This document shows positions 46,717-60,330 of a DNA stretch of 64,000 nucleotides, one piece after another. Each line of letters starts with the position of its first letter. Position 1 is the stretch's first letter. The DNA is from Schmidtea polychroa (lineage: Eukaryota), in contig CM097886.1 in the NCBI GenBank assembly GCA_044892525.1, forward strand, positions 60,016,001-60,080,000, written 5' to 3'. The notes under the pieces are model-generated. The model did no database searches. It saw only the letters and a list, made by a program, of their open reading frames with translations, and was not told the DNA's origin. The position numbers and the translations under genes are program-made.

Positions 46717-47100
46717 TCAACCAGATAACACTGATTCGTCTTTCTGCTTAATATCAATTTCCACTTCTTTACATGTGCACCAATTTAATGATGCCGCCAA
46801 TGAAGCCAGCAATGAAATTGCTGAAGAAGTTGAACCAAATAATATTATTCCCATGCCAGTTGCTCCCAACGATTGTAATATGGCGAATAAGCTTCCAGCT
46901 GCCACAGCGGGGCCTTGTATTGATGCTGCAATACTTCCAGCAGTAATTCCTCCTAGACCAAAACCGAGCAAAGGTAAGGCTGCTGCTCCTATTGCAAATC
47001 CACCAATGCCAGAACCCAATATTATTAACCTTAATTTCTTCAAATTTGCAGGGTTTGTTAATGGCTTTTTGCACTTTTCACATAGATTCCAAATCCCCAT
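46717..47100 (-). CDS. IFI6/IFI27 (ISG12)-family small hydrophobic protein, 127 aa, intronless
   Basis: ALPLLGFGLGGITAGSIAASIQ...VAAGSLFAILQSLGATG is the ISG12 motif; ATG start, complete ORF. Confidence 0.85.
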   Translation of the reverse strand: MGIWNLCEKCKKPLTNPANLKKLRLIILGSGIGGFAIGAAALPLLGFGLGGITAGSIAASIQGPAVAAGSLFAILQSLGATGMGIILFGSTSSAISLLASLAASLNWCTCKEVEIDIKQKDESVLSG

Positions 47101-48340
47101 CTAATTAAACAAAAATAATTAATATAATAATTATATTATATTAAAATTGATTTTAAATAAGTCTCATTAAAAAGCCAAAGTATTTTAAGGTCAATAAAAT
47201 CTTTTCTACAAGAATGTTGGGGTTCAAATAGGAGCCGGGATAAGGATATAAAGAGATTTTTCGAAAAATAAATAAATATTCTATAATTAGTATTTAATAA
47301 TTAAAATAGAAAATAATTACTATAGTTAGAATTAAAATATAAATAGTAATTAAAAATAGTAATTAAAAAATTACTAAAAATAGAGTTAAGTGTTTTAAAA
47401 TAATATAAATATCAGTACAAAATTTTAGTTAGGTGACAAAAAATAGACAGAGAAAAAGCTAGTTGAAAATTTGAAAGAAATCAGATTGGAATTTAGTTTG
47501 CAACGAGCACAAGTTTGAGACGTCATATTCAATTACCTAGAAGGCTCACCATAAAAAGAATGAGATGGTTTTGGTGCTATAATCAAATCAAAATCGTAAC
47601 ATATTTATCGATCAATAGTGATCCAATCTATTTCATCGTGTTGGAATTTCATTTTGGAAATATTTTTTAGCTATTAACAACCAATTCGGGTTTTCGTAGC
47701 GGCTATATTTGAATTAATCGCACAGGAGAAATTCATTAGGAAAGAGACCTGTCAATAAACTTGGTAAATTTTCATATAATTTTAACTTTATAAAGGGGAT
47801 TTAGTGTCAGCATACTGTTGGGTTTTATGATATCAAAATCAACCGTTGGTTAATCTGACTCCACGTGTTCCAAAATCAATAAACACAAACTCCCAACGTA
47901 TATTTGTTTTATAAAAATTCAAAACTCTCAACAATTAATTACACTGTTGGTTAATCACAATTCTCACACAATTTCAGATCGGACTCCGCTCTGGAAGGTC
48001 TCAACCTTGTACTATTAAAAATTTAAGTTTCACCTTTAGTTCCGCTATCTGATCCAGACTCTTTTGACACTCCTTGTCTAACTCTTCGGTTTTTCCTATA
48101 ATTCTTTTTCTTCTTTTCTTCTATTTCTTTAACTCCTAATGTCGTTTTCTTCTTCCCTACCTGCTATCGCCTATTATATGAATTTTGAGTTTCCTTATGC
48201 TGGGTCTTGGGTCGGGTCGGAAATATTTCATTTCACTAGGGGTTGATAGTCCTAACCGCACACATAGCATATTCATCTCACGAGACCCTTAACCAAAACC
48301 CACACGATCACACTCCGAACGTGACACCCATGATTTACAT

Positions 48341-48462
48341 CATGTTGGTACTGTGCCACGTCGGCGAGCTACGATGGAGCAGGTGAGCCCCTGCCTTAGG
48401 ACTACTCCCCCATCGCAATTCGACTTAACAAACACTCGACTACCGATAGAAGGACTTACGTC
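48341..48462 (+). other. Conserved structured motif (copy in an otherwise unrelated context)
   Basis: CATGTTGGTACTGT...CGATG-GAGCAGGTGAGC...GACTACTCC-CATCG...GACTACCGATAGAAGGACTTACGTC. Confidence 0.6.
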
Positions 48463-51400
48463 ATATACATCATTCAAGGATTCCATGTATCATTCCGATT
48501 TGCAATCAATTTCCACCCCAATACTCAACTCACTGGCTTTGTTTTATTTCACATTCGATAATAAATTCCACTACATTGTCATCACTACTATTCTCCTCAT
48601 ATTCGGCTTTATCCAATCTTTCTGCAGTCTGTATTAATTGATTTTTGTCCGCGCAAGAGAAGCAGGGACGCACGACTGTAGTGGTTGGAACCTTGGACAT
48701 TTTGAAAAGCTGAATAAAATTCTATTACGAATGAGTTATATTTAACCATCTCATGACTGTCATCATACTAAATCAATCATCATTCTATTGGGAAAGGAAA
48801 CCATATTAATCTAAAAGAAAATCAACATACACATGTCATCCAGAACACCTACTAGAAAACATCGGAACCTAGATAAAGGTAAATAAATAATTACAATAAG
48901 CTAGATCGGCTACTCAGAAATTTTGATGTTCAATAACAACAAATGATTAATCCAAACTTCAGTTATTAATTATTAATTAACCCAATAGCTATTAGGTTAC
49001 GAGCGAATTTTTTACCATTAAAATCTTTAGTCATTAAATAAGTGATTAATGCGGTATTCATTACATTACAAGTGATATTCCTATCATCAAAATCTCTAGT
49101 TGACTTTTACCGAAGGGCATTCAGTGAGTTAATTTCATGACAAAAATTTATTCTCTATATTGTACGGTCGCCGTTTGCAACTCTTATCGGTACCCCGTAG
49201 TTAGCTGTCGATTTTTATCATATCATGATTATTCGGCCACACTCTTAGTAGAATCTCTGCATGCAGTTGTTTCCCGTTATAGATAAATCGATAGTATTAG
49301 ACGATGTGAGTAAAAGTACTGGTAATTATCTGCAGTCGATTGTGATCGTGGTGTATGACATTCGCAGATGAGGGATGGTGTTTAATTGTATTTCCGAATA
49401 CGATCATGCGTGTGATTTCAACAACTGAAGAATATTCTATTGTATTTTCTTATCAAGGTGTATTCAGTCCATACCGAGATTCAGTAGAGCCTTATCAAGT
49501 TATCTAAGTGACAGAATCATTGGCTGTGAGTTTCACAAAATCAAAATGGTGGGAATTTAATATTGTGTGTTTGCCTAAAAGTACATCGCGATCGATAGAT
49601 ATCTGATTATCTGCAATTATGGAATTATTTATATCGAAATTCTGATCTTTGCTTCGTTTCGCTAAGCATATTCCTCAAGGCAAGCTTGATAGTTCAACGA
49701 GGTCTAAATGCGGAATTTTCAACTATTCTAAGTTGAGTTATATATCGATGACCCTTCCCTGCGAGTATGAGAATTTTTCTCGATTTATGATTCCTGCTAC
49801 TTTACGATAGTTCTTTCGATTACGATAGATAGATCAGAATTTCCACTGGAAAGAAACTAACATCAGATTGGGTTTCGGATGATTCAAACGACGATGGTTA
49901 CTGGATACTCGCTTTTCGAATTGGTACAAAACGAAGGATATTTCGGTCACCTTACTTATTGCGAAGATTGGTGCTTTCTCATGCTGAACATCTATACTAT
50001 TCTCTATTCAATTCGTCATTCTATTTTCTGTTTTATGAATCTAAATCCATACTTCTCCTTCCTGTGGCGACGGATCAGTGAGGAAGCCCCCACTATGACC
50101 CATTTCAACCACTGCGCCTCTGAAGTCACACCCGACCTTCTTGCAGGAGGAACAACCAGTGTCCCTCGAGCGGTGGCCAGCCGAACCTCAGCTTCGCATC
50201 ATGTACTATTATCAATATAATGAAATACAAAATGTTATTTTTCCGAACTTTTATGCAAAAGATATATCAAATACTGAATTATTAAATAGAATTCAACTTG
50301 CATCAAAAACTTTTATTCTAAATAACTGATTACAAACACATTTAAACATAAAAGCAACTGAAAATTTTAGTAAGATTATTAATTACTGATGAACAAAAGA
50401 AACGGACACATTTACCAAGTATAAATTTATATTAACTTATCTATAAAAATTTAAAACGTTATAAATGGTAAAAAATTACTTCTTATCTCAATAACTGCTT
50501 CGCTAGAATACTGAAGTCCACGAGTGATTTGTCGTCTGAATTAATAATTGATTCTGATTTAGTCCGGTTGATTGATCCTAAAATGCGCTGTGTACCTTAA
50601 GAATCGTTGGGTTAACACTGTGAATGTGAATATATGCAAAAAATTTTACCTTAAGAATCGTTGGGTTAACACTGAAAATTCTGATTTAGTGTTCCCCTTA
50701 TATACCTAATTTTGTTTTCATGCGAGCCAATCAAAATTGAGCGTAGTGTAATTTTTTAAATTTAATTTGTTTTCTTTGTTTTTCGTGGTTTTCTTAGTGT
50801 TTCCTTATTGTTTTCTTTATTTTTTATTTATTTTCTTATTTATTACTTAATTTCCATTATTTTACTGTCTTTTCCGGTTTTCTTATCTTAATTTTTCATT
50901 TTTTTTATTTTTTGTTTTAATTCTCTTTGGTTAATTTGTTATTATTTATTCTTATTGTTTATTTATCTTGATTTTTATTTATTTTTGATTTGTTTCCAAT
51001 TTTTTATTTTATTTCTTATTGTTTTTCCTCCCATGCTCTTTAAATTATTATTTTACTTTCCAGCCCAACACTTATATACTCCCATAATCGTTGTAATTGC
51101 CCCATTTTTGACCTATTTGGTTTTGACTTCTTTAGTTATCATTCCCTAATTGGCTATTTCTGTTGACCCTCTTCGTAATTCCCCTTTTTTTGTTTACCCT
51201 CGTTTATCCGGTTGTTTGGATAATTGCCCTCTGAATTCTTAGTTTGTTTACCCTTCCAAATTGCCGTGCTCGGGTTTTCTTCATCGCTCGGTTTCTCCAT
51301 TGACTCGGGTTTCCCATTAGCCAATTAATTAATTAATTAATATTTTACTTTTTTCCACATTTGTCTGTTTTACGACCCTTTCTATACATTTTCTAACAAT

Positions 51401-52084
51401 TTCTTGCTCACTGTCTTCTTCACCATCCCCTAATCTACCCCTCTCCCGTTTTCCAGCTTCAATTTCGATAACTTTTCACTTTATTCCACTTCCTCAGGTT
51501 TGTGCATTTTTTATTTCATGTCTGATTGTACCCTTCTGTTTTATCATATCTTTCTTTGCCATTACTTCTCGGCTTGACCGCCATTCAATTTCGGTTTTCC
51601 TTTTAATCTGAACAATATAATTTAATAATTTACTTTTAAAACCTCAACAATACGTTTTTGCTGTTTGGCTTTGATATCAATATAAGTCTTATCCGTTTCT
51701 GGAATTAAGACTATCGCGCTTAAATTTGTGGGAATTACCCTCGTCTTGTCTTTGTCACCTATATCGGGCTATTGGCGCATTTAGGGCCAGCCTTGATACT
51801 TAGAAGTACTCTTTAGGGTGGTTTGAATAACCGTTATCTGAACTTCAGTGTACAACCATTGTTGGGTTTTATTTATTTTGAATCGTTTTTGTAACATATA
51901 TAACATTTAATAAATATTTAAAACCATATTTGTTATTTATTTATTTACATAAAATCAATTACACGCTTTTCTACCAGTAAAATCTATTGGAGTCAGATTT
52001 ACAACTGTGTTAGTCGACTAACTACCCATCGAACCTAACAAGAAATCCAGTCCTCGTTAAAAAAGCCATTTCTAAAAAATGTTG

Positions 52085-52345
52085 GCGTTTAGAGGGTGTG
52101 CCATTTTATTTTTAAAAGGGGTTAGGGTACTATAGATGAGGTATTGAATCCTTCCTAATCGCCTTCATGACTATTGTCTTTATACCATTTGTGTACCCAT
52201 GGCGACAACCATGTTGCTATTTCTTTCTTAAATTGTTGTTATTGATTCATTTAATTATGGTCCTCATTACTAGATGTTTTCTAATGTTATCTTCAAAATT
52301 TTGCACAGGGATCCGCCCTTATTTTTCTGTTAATAAATGTTGCTC
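52085..52345 (+). repeat. Repeat family B copy with an internal deletion
   Basis: Matches 63554-63930 but jumps from CATGTTG directly to CTATTTCTTTC. Confidence 0.8.
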
Positions 52346-52420
52346 TATACTTTCTACAATATTCAAATTATCCTTCAAAATTTTTCACACTCTTTGACCC
52401 AAGGATTTAAGGTAATTTAA

Positions 52421-52565
52421 GGTCCCAGGATTTTCTACATAGAATTCAAGTCTCGTTAAAAAGTTAAAGTAACGTAAGGTCTATAAAACATTTTGTACAT
52501 AGAATCCAGGTCTCGTTAAAAACCCAGAGTATTTTTTGGTTCCAAGATTTTTTTGTACATGAATT
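52421..52565 (+). repeat. ~60-bp-period repeat block; inverted copy at 57171-57305
   Basis: Units of TTTTGTACATAGAATCCAGGTCTCGTTAAAAA; the reverse complement of 57171-57305 aligns over ~130 bp. Confidence 0.75.
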
Positions 52566-53310
52566 TTTGGTACAATTTTTGGTTGAATCGATTATGGTAT
52601 TAAATTATGGTATTAATTTAAAATTAATGTAAATTAAAGTAAATTAGAGAAATATTTTATTATTAAATAAATTAAAGTAATAATTCAAAATAAGTAATAG
52701 ATTTTAAATTTTTGGTAATATATTTCGAAAAACCAAAAGTTAATGAGACATTAAAATAACAATTTAAAATAATTAAATTTGTGTAATAATTTTAAAATAA
52801 GTAATAAATTTTAAATTTTTGGTAACATATTTAGAAGAATCGATAGCCATTGAGACATTAAGGTGATAATTCAAAATTAAGTAAATTAAAGTAAATTAGA
52901 ACAACATTTAAAAAATAAGTAAGTAATAATAATGCACCAAGGTTATATATTTTGAATGACACTAAGACAATAAGGAAATAATTTAAAATTTAGTAAATTA
53001 AGGCAATATTTAAAAAATAAGTAATAATTGTAAATAAGTAAAGTAATTTTTTTAAAATTAAGTAAATAAGAAATTTATGGTGAGATATTTTGAAAAACTG
53101 ATGGCCACTAAGAATTTTAAAAAAGTAAAGAAATTTTAAATGAAAATTTTTTTATGAATTAATTTTCAAAGGAAATTTTTAAAGCTAAAATTTTATGAAA
53201 TAAATTTTTGTGAATATTATTAAAAATAATAATTCAACCAAGTACTTACAACTAGGTACTAACAAATAAGTACAAACAACTAGCTACAAAATACAAAATA
53301 CCGACTTATA

Positions 53311-53874
53311 CACTAAACACCACTGAGATACGTTCTCTATAGTGGTGGTTGGCATGTAGAACAATTTCGCTCACCGATTAACTCACCGATTTATTCATCA
53401 TCACATTTATTCATTTACATGAAATTGAAATTTATTTGGAAATTTATTTTATTTTTTAATTTTTTTTTCTGAGCTCAATATGAGGGGATTCTTTAAGGAA
53501 ATCAAATCTGGATTGAAAAGATTTTGAACCAAATTCATCTGCTCTTGATATTTTCATTAAAAATATAATTTAAAAAATTTTCAACGATCTTTTTTTTCTA
53601 AAAATTGTCTAAAATAGAATTATTATAGAAACGTATCTCATCGTTACAATTTTACGAATCAAAAGTTTGTATGTGTTTTTTATTATGTGTTGTGCTTGTG
53701 TGCATTTTTTAATTTTCCTTCCACTTTTCAGATTTCTATAATATAAGATGTATCTCATTGAGCTATAAATGAGAACATCAACGTGAAATCAAAGTAAGTG
53801 TGTATGTTTCTATAATGTAAGATTATTAATTTTTTTGTTATATTATAGGAAATGCATCTCAGTGGTGTTTGGTG
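53311..53874. mobile_element. Tc1/mariner-type MITE (564 bp)
   Basis: 19-bp TIR CACTAAACACCACTGAGAT / ATCTCAGTGGTGTTTGGTG (1 mismatch), flanked by TA on both sides. Confidence 0.85.
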
Positions 53875-56769
53875 TATAAATTAAGTAAGCATCTTCATCC
53901 ACTATGCTATCCTTTCTATGCACTAAGCATCATATTCTATACAATAACAAATTAACCAACTAAAAATCTTATTTCTTCAGTGTATTTTATCAAATGTTTT
54001 TTAAGTGAATTAATTTTTTTATTTGTTTTAGAATTCAAAAATATTTTTAAATAAATTAAAATCAGTTGTTAGGAAAACCTTGTCTGATTAAGTAAAATGT
54101 AGTCTAAATTTAACAAAAATGGTAAATTAAAAAAATAATTATCAACTCAACACCTTTAAAATATTAAAATAGGTAGTTAGTGGGCCTCTGGGCAGACCAT
54201 CCGGCACGGGACGATCTATGGGAACTCAGTGAAGAACACGGAAGTAAAAAGAAATGAAAGATGATCATATATAAGAAAACAAACAAGAAATTGAAACAAA
54301 GGTAATCGTTAATTAATTAAATATGGGAAAGCTGTATCTTAACAGCCTGTCAAAGATAGCGAAATGGCAGGAAAAGTAAGCATAAAATGAAAAGTAAAAA
54401 ACAGGGCATATCTCGACATCTGTCAGAGATAAGGCTGACGTAGCGGGAATACAGAGGAAAATGAAAATGGAAAAAAAATCTGTTTCTAATGCCACAAATA
54501 AAACAAACTATATGAAGGGAAAGTGGTGAACACAAATTTAGACAAATTTGGGAGACGAAAATAGAGACGAAATTTTAGGCGATAAGTTATACAGAGTCGG
54601 ATGAAACGTTATTGGAAAAACGATTTGTGAAGAATAATTGTTGAAGAAGATTTGAAAAAAAGAATTAGTTGAAAAATTAAACGAAAAGAAGTTACTTGAG
54701 TATTTGAATAAAGTCGTGAAGAAGGTCAAAAAGAACAACCAGCTCAAGGTCCTAGTTGATAAACTAATCAGTAATTAGTGATCTTTCAATCCGGTGTTAT
54801 ACACAAGTGCTATTCCTCACTGAGTGTTGTGATAAGTATTGTATAGTCAACAAGCAGAGTGTTGAATTGATTGTCAGTGTAAAGTGAAAGTTATTTGTTA
54901 TTACCAATAAAGATTTCTGTTGTCAAGTGTTATTTGTGGATCAGTCAAAGACATGCTTGGATTCAAAGTAAGAATTTTAATTTTATCACTAACCCAATAT
55001 CCCAACACAAGAAATAAATAAACAAGAAAAAAATAAATCGAATTCATTATATTGTCAAGTATATTAGATGTTCGATTTCTTGAATTTATAACATCCATAA
55101 TATTTCAAAACCAAGCAAAACTATATTTTTAAAAACAACACGAAATCTCTCTTATTTAAAAAATCTCTATTTTTAGCTTTGAGCATATTTTCGTGCGCAT
55201 GAGTTAATAATTGAATAGGGAATATTCGTACACAAGCATTCAATAAATATTTTATATTTTAATTTTCAATTCATTCTTATACATATTTAATTTACCGTCA
55301 AACCAATTAATAACTTCGATATTCATATTTAATTTATTATTGTAATTTATAATTTTATTATCTACTTTTATTATATTATTTTTCAAGTTCATATTATTTT
55401 TCAAGGTCATATTATTTTTCAAGGTCATATCAATATCCCCCTTTAAAAGATCAAATATTCCCATCATAACCAATCCGTCATCAAATGACCATAATTCTAC
55501 CCCTTTAAACATCAATATACAATCGACTATAACCCTTAATTTCCCTAAAGATGCCACCCACTTAAGATCGTAAATTTTTCTATAATATATCAATTCAGTC
55601 GATTATATATTCTTAAAACCCATAGAAAATATAAAACCTTTTCAAAAAAATGAAGTTTCTTTAACTGTTACCGACACTCAACATTCATCACTTGAAATAA
55701 TTTAGCAGCTAAATCCGTGTAATAAAAAATCAATATTCACTAAAATAAATATTTCCTACAAATTAACAAAATATTTAATCCAATTTACCATCAAACACCT
55801 AACAAGAGATGATAATTTCTCATAGATTGATCATAATTTTTCACCGATTCACTCAATGTTTTTCAAGCAATTATAGTCTGATATACATTTTAAACTAAAT
55901 TACAAATTTCTGTATATACTAAAATAATTTTCAATTAAATTTCAAATTTATCTTACTATCATTTGTTTTTGATAAAATTTGCTGGTTTCAGCTTAAGATT
56001 TTCAATATTTAAAATTTTGTCAATGTGTTTACTGACTAAAGAGAAATTGAAAGGTTCATGAAGATTTTCGTAGAAAATAGTTATTGAAAAAATCATTTAG
56101 CGAAATTCAATATCATTACAAAGTCATCATCAAAATTAAATAATTTATCCAATCAGTTGATTACTCTAATAAACCTAAATGTCATTAAAAATAATTTTTA
56201 TTCAAAATAAAATTAAAAAACAATTCAATAAAAATACTACAAATTATCAAGAAATTAATTAAATTTATCTTAGAATCACCATTAAAATCTTAAAATTTGA
56301 TGTTCTTTCAATCAACATAAAATTTACAAAAAAATGATAGAAATTCACTTGAATATTTCCTAATACCAGCTAGCATCAACTCTAAAAAATTACCAATGAA
56401 TCTAATTGCCTTAGACACCCAAATTTCCCTAAATAATCATTCAAATTAAATCATTAAAACTTTAGATAACTTCATCAAATTTATCATTAAATTAATTTTA
56501 AAATATATAAATCAGTCAAATTATCACAAATCAAGATAAGAACTTTGATAAAAAAATTATTCTAAAGTGGTAAGAATTATCATTATAGCGTAAAATGGAA
56601 GGATAATTATTCTTTAAACAAGAAAATTGATATAAAATTAACAATGAAAACATTATTTGCAGGTGGTAAGAATCTTTATTGAAGTGAGGAAATAGAAACA
56701 GAATTATTCATTATAAGAACTTTTTTCCAATTTCACTATTGATTTTTTTCCATTTTATTTATTAAAAAT

Positions 56770-56840
56770 AGCTTGAAGACTATAAATCAGTAAATATATC
56801 TATGTTTTTGATATATTTACTGATTTATAGTCTTCAAGCT
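56770..56840. repeat. Perfect 31-bp inverted repeat with a 9-nt loop
   Basis: AGCTTGAAGACTATAAATCAGTAAATATATC-TATGTTTTT-GATATATTTACTGATTTATAGTCTTCAAGCT. Confidence 0.95.
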
Positions 56841-57170
56841 CTGTTTAATAAATGGAATTATTTATTGAACGGATTTCTTTATGATAAAATGATAAATTAA
56901 TAATGAAATTAATAAACTCAAAAGGGTGAAAATATTCATTGAGATAGGTGGTAGAATTATCCATTAATGAATTATGGTACTACTATTCTTGCTAAATGAA
57001 AAGGAAAAATACACTGAGAATAGTTTTTGATAAGATGAAGGTGGATAAGAGTGGAGATATATTAAGTATTAATGGAATTTATTCAAAATTATTTTACTAA
57101 AAATTATCAATAGCATAAAAATATTTAGTAAATTTGTTGAATTTTAAAAGAAATATTTGTGGGGGAAATA

Positions 57171-57305
57171 TTTTGTGTAGAAAAATCCTGGGACCTAAAA
57201 ATAATTTGGCTTTTTTAACGAAGACTGGATTATGTGTAAAAAAATTATATAGACCTTAAATTACTTTAGCTTTTTAATGAGACTTGGATTTCATGTACAA
57301 AAAAT
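57171..57305 (-). repeat. Inverted partner of the 52421-52565 block
   Basis: Same units on the opposite strand. Confidence 0.75.
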
Positions 57306-58878
57306 TTAAATAAGACGAAAGATACTACCTCACTATAATGTGAATTTGAAAATATTCAGTGATTGCTGATATTTATTTGAAATAAAAATTAAAAAGTGAA
57401 GATAAAACGATTACATGTTTACTAATGCCTGAATGATTTTGGCCCATTATCTTCTAACTTGCTGTGTTAACAGAAGTTAGCTAACAAAGTAAAAAGGATT
57501 TACTTGCTGGGGTTGGTAAGAAAACCAAAAGAATGTATATATAAAAGGAATGCATAACAAATATTGGTAAAATCAATAAAAGTGCAAAATTAATAAAAAT
57601 TGTCTAAAAATCAAAAATCAATACTGAACGAGAGTATCGGGTATGGTTGAACGCCAAATTGATAGACGAGTTCAGAAATTATAATGAAAATTTAATAAGA
57701 TGTTCACAGAGAAAGTTAATGCGAAAATAATTTAAATTAATTAATCTATAATGGAAAAGCCGCGCCTATGGAAAGTCGGAGCCAATGGGAAACCCGATGC
57801 GCAGTGAGACCATATCGATCAGATAAGAGAAGGAATATTCCAAGCACTAAAATAATTTGGAAACCCTCAAATGTTTACCTAGTATTCCCGGAGATAATTA
57901 ATTGGAATTCTGTAGATAATTTCCCTCTCAGAAACAGTATAAAAAGAGAGCTCAAAAACAGACAAGCGCCAGTTGGTCGAAGATCCAAAGATAAGCTCAG
58001 AGAATCAGGCGATCAAAGATCAGAGAATGAAATATCGTAATTGAAAAAAAGTTTAATCCTCGTACCAGAAAAGGTGATGGCCTTTCGAATTATCTACCTT
58101 AACGAGTAACATTTATATTGAGCGAAAGGTGTAAATAGAGTGGCAAATTGTAATTTGATTGAAATTGAATGAAGTTATTCTGTGTCGGGTTTCGATTTAT
58201 TTATTTTAATAAGAACACGAGAAGTCAGAGGAAACCGACTTGAAAAATAAAACCCGACATATAATAAAGTGAGCAATTTAATTTTCAACATTGCTTCAAC
58301 ATGCTTTTGTTTTCCTTTTCGCAAAATGTTGTTACCTGGAAATCCACCGCCTAGGCCTCCTCATGGCTACGCTGCTGATTGTCCAGCAAAAATATGGACG
58401 ATTGTTTGTATAATCAGTAATGCTAAGATAAACATGAAATTAACATCGTGTTTCGTCCACGGTAAAATTAAATTAAATACAATTTCTGACACTGTTTAGG
58501 CTCCCAGGGTGGGACAATATATCAAGTATTAATAAAATATATAATTACCTTCTTTTCGAATTTAACAATCACTTTAAATCAGGATTTATTTGGTTTGCTG
58601 TTCAAATTGTTGAACTTCGATCGAAAAATGGTCTATTTAATTTTTTTAACAATACGTATTTAACTTTAAATTGTTTAAACAAACGGAAATTATTTTTTTC
58701 ATTATTATTTTATTTTTTTTATATAACTCTTATTATATTCTCCATTAAATTATAATTTTATTTTATATAATCAAATAATTAATACCCTAAAATCCTGTGT
58801 ATAACAACACCTTTTTTCTAATCAATTCTTTTTCTGGTTTAACACATACTTCAATAAATATTTTTTAAATTTAATTTC

Positions 58879-59675
58879 GGTGAGCTTCCGGCCCGGGCGC
58901 TTTTTTGTGGTTAGTTAAATAAAAACTAACCCTTGATTATTTTTTTTTACTTTAGCTAAGATAAAATAATATATTTAAAATAAGAAAATTAACAAGTTTA
59001 TAAAATAGATTTGTATTTTAAAGGCAAAAAATAATAATGCTTATTTATTTAACTTTTTTATTTAACTAACTACAAAAAAGCGCCCGGACCTGAAGCTCAC
59101 CAAAGAAAAAAATCAATAATTGAAAAAATCAAAAAATAAAAATATGGTTTCAATTACGTTTATAAATGATAGCTTAGAGACAGAAAAATAATAAGAAAGC
59201 AAAGGCAAATAAACAAACTATCAGCGTAAACATTTTAGAGGAGAGTTGGTGAAAATAGGGAAAAGGAAATTTCAAAAATTAACGGAAAATGCTCGAAAAA
59301 GAAATTACAGAGAAAGGAAAGGATAAAGAACAAGCAATGTAATTTATTCTCTGTAATTTCTCTAAGCTATCGTTTATAAACGTAATTGAAACCATATTTT
59401 GATTTTTTGATTTTTTCAATTATTGATTTTTTTCTTTGGTGAGCTTCAGGCCCAGGTGCTTTTTTGTGGTTAGTTAAATAAATAAGTTAAATAAATAAAT
59501 AAATAAGCATTATTATTTTTTACCTTTAAAATACAAATCTATTTTATAAACTTGTTAATTTTCTTATTTTAAATATATTATTTTATCTTAGCTAAAGTAA
59601 AAAAAAATAAAAAATAATCAAGGGTTAGTTTTTATTTAACTAACCACAAAAAAGCGCCCGGGCCGGAATCTCACC
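58879..59675. repeat. Foldback of two inverted MITE copies (58879-59101, 59438-59675) plus shared flank
   Basis: Arms 58879-59180 and 59359-59675 are reverse complements; each MITE has ~40-bp TIRs GGTGAGCTTC.GGCCC.GG.GCTTTTTTGTGGTTAGTTAAATA. Confidence 0.88.
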
Positions 59676-60330
59676 TTTTCTTTTAATTAGTATTTTTCTT
59701 TAATTTTTTCGTTTTTTATGTTTTCTAATTTTTAATTCTTATCTTATTTACATTATTTGGTTTCTTTTTCTAATTTTCCATTATACTTTCTTTTTTTCTC
59801 TTATGCGTTAATTTATTTCTTGTATCTTTTCACTCTTTTCTGATTTGAATTTTTCCCTGGTTGTTTTCCCGCTTTATTTAAACAACATCGTTTTGGTTCA
59901 ACACTAATTTCTAACATATTCAAACAAGCTTTCAATTTTTCGACTCTAGCCCAACATTATTATTTATTTAATTTTTTTAAGGTTAAATTAAATTCTTCCT
60001 TAAAACTTAATATATGGTGATTATATTTATTTTAACATTTTTATAGATTCCTGGTTAATTTTTCGTAGTCTTCACTCTAATAAAGTTTTTTTACCTTTCA
60101 TATGATGGACACAAATGTAGACTTGGATAGTTTGTAGAATGCTTTAATCAAACCTTCAAAAAAATCGTTTTGATTTTCATTGAATTTAAAATTTTTAAAG
60201 TTATTATTTATAGACCAAATATTGATAATTCATATGCATTGCGCCAGAACTTTAATTATACAAATCATAATTAATTATTGCAATTTATGATTTGTTTTTA
60301 AATTCGAAGAAGCCTTGTTAATTTTTTAAA

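Noticed and set aside
46769-47104. Overlapping 101-aa and 109-aa ORFs
   Set aside because: Alternative-frame and antisense shadows of the ISG12-family gene.
49150-50220. Possible gypsy pol remnant on the minus strand (...KRRPYNI)
   Set aside because: One weak motif amid many stops; insufficient.
50596-50675. 27-bp direct repeat ACCTTAAGAATCGTTGGGTTAACACTG x2 (CRISPR-like spacing)
   Set aside because: Only two units in a eukaryotic context with no cas genes; simple local duplication.
55252-55593. Asn-rich 113-aa ORF with MTLKNN repeats
   Set aside because: Explained by an 18-bp minisatellite and AT-rich composition.
58330-58450. Signal-peptide plus Gly-rich peptide on the minus strand (MFILALLII...GGLGGGFP)
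   Set aside because: Two in-frame stops within a few codons and no other support.
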